Origin: Octopus sinensis
Lineage: Eukaryota
DNA length: 64,000 nt
NCBI RefSeq assembly: GCF_006345805.1
Contig: NW_021835997.1
Location: forward strand, 289,330-353,329
Direction of reading: 5' to 3'
In this document: positions 12,195 to 24,200 of the stretch, piece after piece
How the letters are laid out: every line of letters begins with the position of its first letter
Numbering within the stretch: the first letter of the stretch is position 1
The notes under the pieces: generated by a model
The model's database searches: none
What the model saw: only the letters and a program-made list of their open reading frames with translations
Told to the model about the DNA's origin: nothing
Made by a program: the position numbers and the translations under genes

Positions 12195-15084
12195 GCTGCT
12201 TTAAAGGGGGAAATTTTATAATAATTTACAAGTGGAATACAAATCAAATAAAAAGCATGGATGACATATGGTTATTTCTCAGAATAGCTTTTAGAATTGA
12301 ATAAAAAATGATTTTTCAAAAAAGAAAAATTCTAATTTTACTTGATAATGCTACGTACACTCACATGATTTAGAGTTCAGTAACATCAAACTCAGTTCAA
12401 CGTTCTTCCAATTTTCTGACCTGATTTTTGAAATATCCGTCGAGATCAAATCTTCTTTGATTCCTCTCGTACCTAAAACTTTCTTCATACTATTCCAAGA
12501 GACGTCTTTGATCCCAATCAGTCGCAATACGCATTCCAGAATGTCTCTGACAATATCGGGGGGAACTCTCATGGATTTTATTTCTGTGAGAGAGTCGGTG
12601 GTTATTCCGCGAATTGAAGCATTTGCAGCTTCAATCGTATGTTGAACTGCTGACAGCTTTTGGTCAATTGGTTTTTTTCTCTCTGTAATTTTATCGGTTT
12701 CTTCAATTATAAGTTATTGTAGTTTTTCAATTTCTTCTCTCTGATTTGTTGTTTCCTCTATATTATATCAATCAAAATGATACTTGCATAGTTTGCGTTA
12801 TTTGCTGGAGAGCTTCGTCTGCTTTTTGTTGCTTTATTAGCAGCAACATTGATTTTTCAGCTGCCACAGTCCTCAAATTGTCAACCAACAATTTAGATTC
12901 GTTTAATTTATTTAATCCGCTCTAAAAATGAATATGCTATAACTACCATTATTCGAGCAACCCTGGATTCTAAAATCGTTTTCTTCTCGTTCATGACCTT
13001 GTGGTAGGTTGATATAAACAAAATATATTTGAATGGAGATGTGTCAATCAAAATATCCTGACAGGATTTATTAATTTCGTAAAAATAAGTCGCCAGCTGT
13101 TCATCCACAGTTTCTTTATTCATTTTAGAAGTAACTAGATCATTCGATTTATTTAATTTTGATAAAAGAAATTCCGGAATCTTGTAAAAATAGATTTAAG
13201 AAAGAACCAGTCTTATAGTTTCAGTTTTCCAGTTATTCTGCCAAATAATGTTGCAATGTTTAAAGAAAGCTGGATTCTCTTGACAAACAGTAGAAAAATT
13301 GTCAGCCTTATCATTCATTATAAGAACGATATCCGTCAAAATTTGTCTCAGAACACATCTCATTTAAAACGGATATCAGCGACTCAAGTTCCCCGGTTTT
13401 ATACAAGCCAGGGATTTCTCCAGAAGACAAAAAACTGTTGATCATTTTGTAGTAAGATGGATTTTTCAAATGATGATCTTTCAACAAAAATATTATTTTT
13501 TCTCCTTCAATACCAGCAGATTGCATTGCCTGAAAATATTTTAGAATTTACTAACAGCTTTCAAATAGTCTTTAAATTGTCTTATTTCATACATTTTCCC
13601 TATTTTTGGAGTTATAATCTTTATTCCATGCATATATGCAGTAAGCATAACCGCGGATGTCCTTCCAATTCCGCTACTCCCAACGAAGAGAACAGATTTG
13701 TTTATTAAGTGTTCATTTTTTTACTTCAACAAATTTGGTGACCTGGATTGAGTTTGTTTGCCATCGGTTAATCAAGTCAGTAAAATCTTCCGTGTTTGAT
13801 CTGCAGTTGATAATGCGGAAAGAACCTGAATGAAATCCAGTCCTCAGATTCGAGTTTTTTTAATTCTGAAAAAAATTCTAAAAACAAATTCCATTTTTCT
13901 TGGTTCAGAAATTTGTTGGAGTATTTTTTCAATGTTTTCAAGTTCAGATGAATCAGCCTCAAAGTATTCGATATTCCGTCTAAAATAAAACATTTTATTC
14001 ACCGTAAAATTTCGACTTGTTTTATAAAAATGTCAAAATTATTTTTTGAGAAATAATTTGATTGGTTTGTTCTTTGATTTTTTCAAAATCATCCTCGAAA
14101 TCTTCGTCATTTTGAACTAAATGATTCCACCGCGATTTAATTTTATCAACGTTTTTCCGTGTTTCGATCACATCACTGGAAATTTGTTCTTTAATTGCTT
14201 TAATCTTTGAATAAGATATTTATTTGAAAAGAAAATATAAGTTAATTAAGGTTGCTTAATTTAAAATTTTATGACTGTTTTTTTGAAATTACGTCATAGT
14301 TATTTATCGTTGATTCGAATTTTTCAAAATTTCTCCGAGCCATTCCAACAGATTGAACACTTTTTCCCGCGACAATTTTTAACAATTTATTCTTTTTTTC
14401 AACCGAATCAATTTCAATTTTTAACTAAATATAATTTAGTAAATAAACAGAATTAAGTTCACGAGTCCATTCAATCTTCTTGTTGGAATATTCAACAACT
14501 TCTTCGACTGACTGAGGAGTCTTTTCCAACGAAGATTGCGCCTTGAAAATATTTTGAGTCAATTTTTTGTTCGTGGCTTAAATCGAATCACTCAATATGA
14601 CCACCAATGCCTCAAAATACTTTTCCAACAAGTCGTCGATAGCTCCCTTTATCAAAACTGTGTTTATCAAAACACAATCCACTTTTATCTCACTTTTGTA
14701 AATATAGAAAACTCTACATTGGAATTCTTTCTGCTTCTCTTCCTTTTGCTTTCATTTCTCGAAAGTTTTCCTTAAATTCTTCAATTTTCGTTACGTTTTT
14801 GGCTCAATTTCAACCGAACTGAGAACAAACCACGGCTAAAAATATAAAATAAAAAAATAACTTTAAAACTAACGAGAATATCTTCCAATTTTTCAAAAAT
14901 GTTCTCAATTTTACCATAAACAGATTTAATTCTGTCAACGTTTAAGTTTATCATTGTCGGAAAAATTCGATTTTGTTTTCCCGCGCTGACTCCTCTAAAT
15001 TGTCTTGGAATAGTGACGAATCTCCTGACTTCCTTCATGAAGCTCATTCTCGAGTCTTCAAGAACACTTTTTGAACACTTTTTA

Positions 15085-15492
15085 ATGACCAAAGGACCAG
15101 GGTAAGCCAGTTAATTATAATCCCCCGTGATCCCCCGAATCAAGCGAGGGAGATCCTTCTGAAAGGTTCAATCCTGCTCACAATGATCGGACAGAGACGA
15201 CGATGTCCCAGGGCCAGAGATCTAGAAGTCCTTTTTCGGTAGGCATTAAGTGCCTCCTGAGCGTTTCCATATCCGATTGGAAGTTCCAACTGACATGGTG
15301 GACCCCATAACGCCACGCTAAGACCGGAAGAAAGGTAAGAGATCCCCATTTTTCGACTGTGTCGTGCCAGAAGTACTCGTTGCCTCACGGGCAGGGGAAC
15401 GATAACGAGAATTGATCCCAGCATGAAAACTAGCCTCCTTCGGAATCGAACTCACGACTGTCCAGATCCATAGCTTAGTCTTCAGCCAAGAG
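15085..15492 (-). mobile_element. tRNA-derived SINE inserted in DYNC2H1 exon
   Basis: Reverse-complement similarity to 53521-53930 with B-box GAGTTCGATTCC. Removing it restores approximately KPSL-EDSRMSFMKEVRRF. Confidence 0.82.
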
Positions 15493-16890
15493 AAGGCTTG
15501 AATTGCAATTTATTTTGTCTAAACATTAATCGACTTAAAAATATGCCTAAAAATTAAATCTATTTTGAATGGAGGGAAAATATCATTAAATAATTCCATT
15601 CCAATCTGATATTGGAATTCGAAAGCTTTGAAAAGTTGGTGATCCCAATGATTTCTCCAACCCTGCATATCTTCCGGCAAATATCCCTATTTCGTGTTAT
15701 TAATAAAGACTTGGGATTCTAGGGATGTGAATATTTGCCGAAACGTGACCATTTCACTCTTCCACTGTTGTTGATTACGTAATAAATCAACGTCAAATAA
15801 CATTATTGTCTGTTTTTTTATTTCTACAACAAACCTTGTCTATGAGTTGCTCGTGGCTTGACATTAGACGTCGATTTTCTCGGCAAAGTTTTTCGCTGAT
15901 TTCTTTGAGTTTTTGAACATAATTTTCCAATTCTTCACAGTTTTTCCACGTGATTTTGTCGGTTCCTGTTTTAAGGTGGTTTAAAAACATTTCCGACCAT
16001 TTTGTTTTTTTCGGATAATTTCCTCGAAGGCTCTTGCCGTGGAAATCATCATTGGTTTCTGACAGGGGATCATTTGACGGTCAATCGAGTTGTAAAAATG
16101 GGCTTATTTATTAAAAAAACTGTCAAAAGGCTTAAATATTTGTTCTTTTGTAAACATCCTGTTTTCTTTATCCACAAATCTGGAAAGCTGTTCACAACAT
16201 GTTCTGATTTTTGTAATCTGAGATGTAAATATTTCAATTTAACTTCTTTAATTCTTTTGCCTAATTGATTCGTCATTTTAGGCTTGAAGGGTCCCCCCTT
16301 CCATTTATAGGGAACGTATTGAGGCCAGAATTGTTCGGTGAGAGATATACACATTTCTTCGAATCTATCAGTGACCTTTATCCCCATTTCTAATAAATTT
16401 TTTGATTTAATAAAAGTTTCTTTCCAAATATTTTCCTTGCTGAGGACAGTTTGTATTTGGCATGCAAAAGTGCTGTCTTAAACATTTAAAAAATGCTTTA
16501 ATTACCTAAAACAAGCATAATATGCTCCATTCTGTTTTCTGGATAGTTTTCATAATCTGAATGGCGCCATAAACCGTCGAGAACATCAAAACAAATTTCA
16601 ACAACTTCATTCAACTCGGAAATCCCAAAACATTAAAGTCCGTCGAATTTTCGACTTAAAGGAGAGAGAATTGAATTGTATTTATGAGCGATTTTTGATT
16701 TGATTTCACAATTTTCACAACTCAGGTTGGCCCAATATTCAAATTCGTCAAACGGGGTTAAAACAACTAAAAAATATCATTATGAATTATTTACATCCAT
16801 AGTCCTGGGCTGTTGAGTTTTTGAGGAATTTTTTAGGTCCCCAGTCTAGTTGTGATGTAATATTTTTGAGTGTCGGGTCCAATTTTTGTT

Positions 16891-17292
16891 TTATTTCTGA
16901 ACAACTGAGTAAAGGACCATAAAGCTGGAAGCAATAAGCCTCTTTAGTTCAGATATTGATTTCTTCTTCCCAAACTTCAAATTGAAGTAATCCACAGTCA
17001 AAGGCCATCCTCCTCTAGGCATCCGCTTAAACCGATCTTTGACGAGCCCGAAGAGCTGAGTCATCCATTCAGCAGGATTCGAAGAGTTGACAGAGTCACA
17101 CAAAGCTTTCAGAGGTAGCAGACTTGTCGATATCTGCTGGGGAGGTCCAGTGAGTGAATTTCCGGAGGAATAAGGACGACCATGAACATTTAAATCCACT
17201 CTTCCATTACAATTTTCACTATTATTTTGAGTAGATGCGTCCATAGATATGGTTATTCCATTTTGTAAACCAACCATCCGTACACCACAAGA
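16891..17292 (-). mobile_element. 5'-end fragment of an R4/Dong-like RLE retrotransposon related to 21221-24836
   Basis: AEWMTQLFGLVKDRFKRMPRGGWPLTVDYFNLKFGKKKSISELK aligns with AEWVSQIVYATKQRIGRIPRGGWNLIREKFNSKFSKSASLSQLK. Confidence 0.8.
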
Positions 17293-17743
17293 AATTTTTA
17301 TCTCAAAATCATATAATTTAAAAGAATTATAGGAAAAAAATTATAAATAATTTGATGTTGATTTGAACATTGTTTTAAAATTCGAGTTTTAAACATGTAA
17401 ATCTAAAAAAATATTGACTTACCAAGAAAGTTCTGCATGGTATGATAAAGACTAATGTTATTTTCACTACGTATTCAATTTTATCGCACTTAGCTTTCCA
17501 TCATTAAATAAAAGGACTGAAAAATTTTACAGCACCTGGTCTAATGAAAGTTAATGTATCCTTATGTTATGAGCTTGATGGAATTCTGCATTTGGTTGTT
17601 TATGATATGAACTTTAATGTTTATGACATTTTGAATTAAGAGAATATCAGTTAAAATAAAGAGGAATATTGCAGAAATCAAAAAATTTACAAAGACAAAG
17701 AAAGTCAACAAAGAAAGGAAAAAGTCCAGTTTACAAAACTAAT

Positions 17744-18718
17744 TCATTTATTGGAATCTCTGTAGTGGTTGATTTGGGAGAGCAAAGGACTATCTCCAGG
17801 TAGAACACACGAAATTGTCCTTTTTACATAATAATCGGAATCCCAGTTCAAATTTTCGATAATATCCTCCAATAAGTGTGCTTTCCCCACGCCATAACCA
17901 GTCAGTCCACTTTTCAAACTCACAAAATGAACATGAAAATGATAAAATGTGGGTTGGTAATGAACAAACACTCGCAAGGAAGCTCTCGGAAAAGCATACT
18001 CTCGCTCAATTTCTCTCTAAGTATGATTAATCACAGAATCTAACCATTCCGCTCTCCAAAATGTTTCTGAGGAGGGGAATATGACTTTGTCGGAGATCTC
18101 GAATGCTCATAATGTCGCCTCGATTGCAGATAGCTAGAGTGTAGAGTTCATCCAGCGCATTTTGATTCCACTTTAAATCCGGGACCATCACGAAGCCTGT
18201 TGAAGGATCGGAATCTCGAAAAATCACTTTCTCACAATCACTGGCCAAGAGGTTTTGAATCCACTAAAAATAAAGTAGACAAAGTACTGTGGTATTAAAT
18301 TGGCACGTTTTTAGGTAAGGGAGGACTGCATTGATGTATTCTTCGCCAGTTTCTCTTAACATGACCAAAGAAGATAACTCGCTGTATTTCTCAATGTGGA
18401 GAGGGGTGGCTGGACAAATTAGAGTTGTGTTTAATTCTAGAAATAAGCATATAAACAATTCTTTCCCAGGAAATCAGAACACGTTTTCAAATGGCATCGA
18501 TGATAGATGTCGTTAGAAATTTGATTTGAAAATTTGTTTGCTTCAAAGTCGACAATTTGATTGATTTTGGTGACGTTTAGATTTGAGTGCTGCATGATTA
18601 CAATCGCGTCGTGTTGATTGTGTTTGAATAGACAAAATATTGTGTTTGATGTTTTATCTTGTCTTAAGACACGAACAAATTTCAACGTCTTAAAAACACC
18701 ACTTAGATCCATTATCAT
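17744..18718 (-). CDS. DCPS: m7GpppX diphosphatase (scavenger decapping enzyme), 4 exons; possibly inactivated by a non-GT donor
   Basis: NDIY..TTLICPAT, ETGEEY, PDLKWN, SIRDL..HIPLL, HYQPTFYHFHVH (HIT). Introns of 29 nt (GA-AG, 18437-18465), 24 nt and 28 nt. Confidence 0.9.
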
Positions 18719-18787
18719 ATTTTTTCTATTAATTTTTTATCTAATAAAGTTATATTTCAGGCAATTTATTATTATAGCACATCCCGT

Positions 18788-20727
18788 ATGGACATGAACA
18801 GAAAGAGGTACATTCCCACACGTGCCACACACGATATGATTTTTTAACCATAATTATCCAACTTCTGCGGTTTCTAGCTTACCTGTGGAGTTTGTCCTGG
18901 CTATTACAGTTGTTTAGGGTTTTCTCCACGCGAATTAAATCAAGTTGCAAAACAGCCGGCTCCAGAATCCCTCTGTTTGATGTTAAATTTATTTCGCGGA
19001 TGTGGAAAAATACCAAAATATTTCAAAAACGACATCCCCACGGTTTCCGTGGAAGTCGACAACTCAGACAAATCTATCCGTCCGTACATCATTTGTCCCC
19101 TTCTTACAGACATTGATCTCACTGTTCCCAGTGTGTATACTCATCTGATTGATCTTCAAACAAAACTTCACCAAAATATCGGAAGGTGATTTTATGTTTG
19201 AAATTTTCCAGAAATCGGTCACTATTTTCGATGGGGACCCACGATTTTGATAAACTAAGTCCTCCCTTCTTGTATACGACTACTCCACCGTCGGAAATAC
19301 GATTTGTCCCGTTGAATCAGTCAAGGGAAATGAACGGATTAGAAATGATGGAATTCTGTCAAGTTTTATGACAAAGTTCATAAAAGGACACTCATCTCAA
19401 GACTTATCTTTCACTAATTCGCGACGCTGAGAGGTATCCAGTGATATACGACAGCAATGGAGTAGTTCTCTCAGTTCCTCCAATCATTAATGGTCCATTT
19501 TGAGTTGTAAATTGGTAGGAGAATATTCCAAAGTAACAACTCAAACTAAAAATATTTTTATTGAAATGACTGCAACGGACTACCGTCGGGCTGTCATTGC
19601 AATGGACACGATCGTCACTACTCTCAGTCAGTACTGTCTTCGGGAGGTTTATGACTGTGGGGAGTCAGTGAGAGTGGAGTATTTTGGCAGAGTGGATATA
19701 ATTCCCTTTTTGTGGTGTTTTGAGACTTTCAGAGTATTTCTTATGGAGAGGAAATAGTTGATTGTAACAGAATGAATAAGCCTTTGAATATTGATGAGTC
19801 TCCCAAGTCGATTCAGATTTATTTGGCCGAATGGGCTTGAAAAGTACTCTGGAAGAGGATGGAAGGTCCCTAAAAGTAGTCATTCTTCCCACACGTCATG
19901 GTAATTCTCTATTTAACCAGATATCATTCACTGGCACGACATTGCTGAGGATTTGGCCATTGCCTTTGGCTATAACAACATTCCAAGCAGATTTCCTCCA
20001 ACCTTGTCCGTGGGCCGACCAGTATGTCCATTCTTCGTTTATATTTAGTCCCCAATAAACAGTCTATGCGAGGCAGTTCGACTGTAGATGGCAATTACTG
20101 GGTACACAGACGTCTCCAACTTTTGTACTCAGTCCACTTAATTGTAGTGCTCCATTGAGGACATCAAGATGAATGTTGGTTAGCCTTTGAACTCTTGCGT
20201 CAAAATTCTGAACCCCAAAACTGCGGATTTTCAAGTTTACTTATTGGAATATTGAAGGTCATTCGTAATTTCCTGTTTCCTGGTCTTCTAAAGTGCATTC
20301 GCTCGAACAGACAGTCGCCTCTTACAATCAGCATATTTGAAGTTGGGGACATTGTTCTTAAGGATGCCTCGACGGGTAGTGTTGTTAGTCTGACTAATTA
20401 GGTGTGGGGGCTAGGAATTATGCTCATGTCTGTGCACTCCACTGTAAGCGTTCCTATGCCTTCGAGTGGATTCATGGATCCCTGGATGATTTGTTGAACT
20501 CGTTAGGATTACGTCATGTTTCGATTCCTGGGGGTACATATGAACTTAAACCAATCGGGGTTGATGGTCATGGCAAGTTTTTTTTGCCTGGACGTTGTGC
20601 CGACGTGGTTTGCAATGGACAGGTCGTTGGGTTTTTTGGAGAATTGAGTCCTGTTGTCCTTAAAGAGTTTGATGTTGCTTGGCCTTCTTCGATATTCGAA
20701 ATTGATCTTTCTTTCTTTTTAGTTTAG
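18788..20727 (+). pseudogene. FARSB: Phenylalanine-tRNA ligase beta subunit, frameshifted/degenerate
   Basis: [65 protein letters not shown]. Introns of 20-26 nt. Frameshift near 19825 and a damaged N-terminus; 5' limit approximate. Confidence 0.88.
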
Positions 20728-21220
20728 AAATTGATTTTACAACTTGGTTTTATATTATTCCTGATTTTTTGTTTTTTATTGACTTATTGAAAAGATTTTT
20801 TTAATTTGATTAGAGTTTTAAATCAAAAAAATAGTAATGTTTGAAAACAGCTAAAGTTTCATCGTTAAAGATTATGTCTGTTTAATTTATTGGATTTATT
20901 GTAAAAGATTTTTTAAAACTAAAAAAGGTGTTTACTCAATAATATATCGAAAATTTAACCGAAGAGGAGGTAGAAGGTTGAAAAATTTTAAAAATTTTAG
21001 AATTCTATCAAGTTTTCAATTTTTTTGATTCTGATAAAATGGAAAAATAACTCTCCAAGAATTCCAAAGCGCTGTGCATTCTTATTAATCTAAGTTTTAA
21101 AGAACATGAACTTGAAGAATTTATCAAAGAATATGACGAAAACAGTTTTTGTGCAGCATTAATGAATTAGAAAGTAATACAATTGAATTCCCAGAATTCT
21201 TGACTTTTATGTCAAAGAAA

Positions 21221-24200
21221 AGTTGTTGTGGTGTTGTGCATGTCCGTTCCTAATGATATGAGGAAATCGAATCCTAGGGGCCTTCCTGCGAAAAAGGATA
21301 AAAATAACATAACAAGTGCAGGAGTGTCGTCTCTGGGGCTGGATAACAGCACAAGGACTAGTATTCATGACAATCCAATTGCTGGGAATCCTACTATCCC
21401 AACTAACTTGCATTCCCTTTCGGCCATTATCGATGATGCTATTTGTGTTTCTGAAGCTGAGTGGGTGTCTCAGATTGTTTATGCCACGAAGCAAAGAATT
21501 GGGAGGATACCAAGAGGTGGATGGAACCTTATCCGTGAGAAGTTTAATTCAAAATTCTCGAAGAGTGCAAGTCTCAGTCAGCTCAAAGGAATGGTTAAAC
21601 TAATGAGAGTGGATAATAATTATGGAAGCAATTGCCATCAGAAGCAATTTCTTGAGAGCTCAGAAATTTCCACTTTTAGAAAGTGTCTAGAAGAGTTGAA
21701 TATACAAATTAAGAATATTGAATCGATTCCAAGGGATTCACGTAAACCAACTCCAAAAATTCAAAATAAATATTTGAAAACTGATATATTGACAGGATTG
21801 AATTCGGCGATATATTATATTACGAAAGATAATCATCCTAATGATATCAATAGCATTTCTGATATTCTATATGCTGCTCAATGTGCGTATTTATCTCTAA
21901 CCATGAGAGACAAAGCACAGAGCACATGGGTAGAAAATATTGAAAAGAAAATTTCAAAATTATCTGCAGAATTGGAAATTGTTAATGCCCATTCCAATCA
22001 AACACTACCTCCATCTGAAAAGCAAAAGGTAATGGATGTTCTCTGTCGCTATGGGTATAAGAAAACTAAGAAAGGTGAGCTGTCGAGGATTCAGATATTA
22101 TTGCAAGACCTGATTAGGATTAACAATAAGAAAATAGAAGTTCATAATTCAAGGAAGCAATTTCGTAAGGATAATCAGTGCTTTGAATTAAATCGAAAAA
22201 GATTCTATCGAGACTTAACAAAGAAAGAGGAAGTGACGCTGTATGGATTTGATGATGAAGAATGTGTCTCTTTTTGGCAAAAAGTCTGGAGCGAGAGAAA
22301 TGAGAGGCCTCAATCTTATGACGTTGTTGGAAAACGAACTACTTGTGCTGAACATATGCTTCCAGAGTTTACGGAAGAGTTTTTTGGAAATGTTATTAAC
22401 TATCTTCCTGACTGGAAGGCATGTGGATGTGATGGGATATATAACTTTTTCATTAAGAAGATGGAGTCATTACATGGATTTCTGTGTCACGAGATAACCC
22501 GAATAATTAATGGAGAATACATGCCTGAAAGTTGGTTTTACACTGGAATAACATATTTGATTCATAAAAAAGATGATTGTGAGACCCCGAAGGACTTACG
22601 TCCTATAACGTGTATGCCGACATTGTATAAACTTGTCACCAAATGTGTTAATGTAAAACTGGCTGATTTTGTCGAGGCATTTGGCCTAATTTCAGACAAC
22701 CAACTTGGAACGAGGAAGTATTGTCAAGGCGCCAAGGAGCAAGCTCTCATTAACCAATGTTTGAACAAGGAGTACGGGAATGGCCTTTATTCTGCTTGGG
22801 TCGATGTGAAGAAAGCATATGACTCAGTTGATCATGATTTTTTGTTTCACGTTTTGGATTGTTCTGGAATCCCGCTTTGGATCGTAAACTTTGTGAAGAG
22901 CGTAGTTAAGAAGTGGGCAGTAAAGCTGCATATGGAAGGTAGAAGAATTGGATCAGTGAAGTTAAACCGAGGAATTTTACAGGGAGACTCATTGTCTCCT
23001 TTACTATTTGTTATGGTATTAGATCCTCTAAGCAGGATCCTTAATTCCGTGTTTCCAAAACTTGAAATTAACCAGGAAGATCCCAATATGTTAACATATT
23101 CTACTAATCATTTGCTATTTATTGACGATCTAAAAATATTTGCTCTCAAACAAGACACTTTACTCAAAATGATGGAAGCTGTTAACGGATTTTTTAAAAT
23201 TGTTGGTTTGGAGATGAATTCAGAAAAATCAGCGTCTAATTTGGAATCATTATCATGTTGTAAGACTATTGATGGAATCAATGGATATCGGTATTTGGGT
23301 GTACTTGAAGATGGTGGAAGCAATGTTCTTAAGAATAGAGTTATGGACTCTATCTTTGAGAATGTTAAGAAGAGGATAACTATGCTATCGAAAACAAAAC
23401 TCAACTCTGTGAATCTGTTTCGTGCTATAAATGAATATGCATTGTCACTATATAATTATTATATTGGGCTAATCAATATTGAACCTTCTGAATTTGATGA
23501 TATTGACAGACAAATACGGCAATTGCTTACGTCGCTCAGATTACATCTCAAACCTGCAAATAAAGAGAGACTGTATTTAAACCGGAAGGCTCTTGGAAGA
23601 GGGCTTTCATCAGTTACTTTCAAAAGTGAACTAATGCTCTTTCAGTTCCTTACGAGTCTGGAAAATATGTCAACTATATGCTTACGGAGGGCGGGGATTC
23701 TGCGTGTAATTAAAATGAATAAATGGCATTTGGCTATGATCGCAGGATTTCTATCCTCCAAATATGCAATTATTGATAAGAAGAGTATTACTATAGAGTC
23801 TCTAAAGTCCAGTCAGATACAATATTTACAAAAGAAAATTAGTTCTAAAGCACTACATTCTGTGCTTTTCAAATGTGTGGATGAACCTAATGTTGATTTA
23901 CCTGCATCCTCAGAATGGCTATCTTATGGAAATAATGGGCCACGAAGCGAAGCATTGTATTGTCTTTTGCAAGATCGAAACTTGTTCTTTGCATCCGCTG
24001 ACTCATTATGCAATCATTGTAAGAAAAGCAAGAAAACTGTTGACCACATGGCTACTCAGTGTGGTAAAATGCTCAACAGTGATTATCTCCGGAGACACAA
24101 CGAAGTTGTGAAGTGTATTCACCTTAACTTGTGCCGAATGTATGGACTCAAAAAAGCAAGACGATTGAAGGGACATTCTGTTCAGTCAACACTGTCGACG

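Larger units (their letters stand above)
61..12393 (+). repeat. Segmental duplication, copy A (deleted derivative of copy B)
   Basis: Colinear near-identity to 27224-44348: 61-1440=27224-28595; 3806-10535~28596-36045; 10546-11175~40849-41438; 11176-12393~43377-44348. Confidence 0.95.
11176..12393 (+). mobile_element. pogo/Tigger transposase remnants with nested insertions, copy A
   Basis: NVFNLDETGLFFKLLSNRSL (~11700-11760) and RKILILLDNA (~12320-12350). Confidence 0.75.
12394..17600 (-). pseudogene. DYNC2H1: Cytoplasmic dynein-2 (IFT dynein) heavy chain, internally deleted and 3'-truncated
   Basis: Tail motifs LTPFDEFEYW, YPENRMEH, ITWKNCEELENYVQKL, RRFVTIPRQFRGV. Jump at ~13810 to AAA4 (VGSSGIGR; INSFLSSGEIPGLY) and stalk (RVPPDIVRDILECVLRLIGIKDVSWNSMKK). 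SINE and LINE-fragment insertions; 5' limit approximate. Confidence 0.87.

Noticed and set aside
21228-21239. GTG start of the 1181-aa ORF, and other GTG/TTG starts in the ORF track
   Set aside because: The track uses prokaryotic starts; the first ATG is at 21240.
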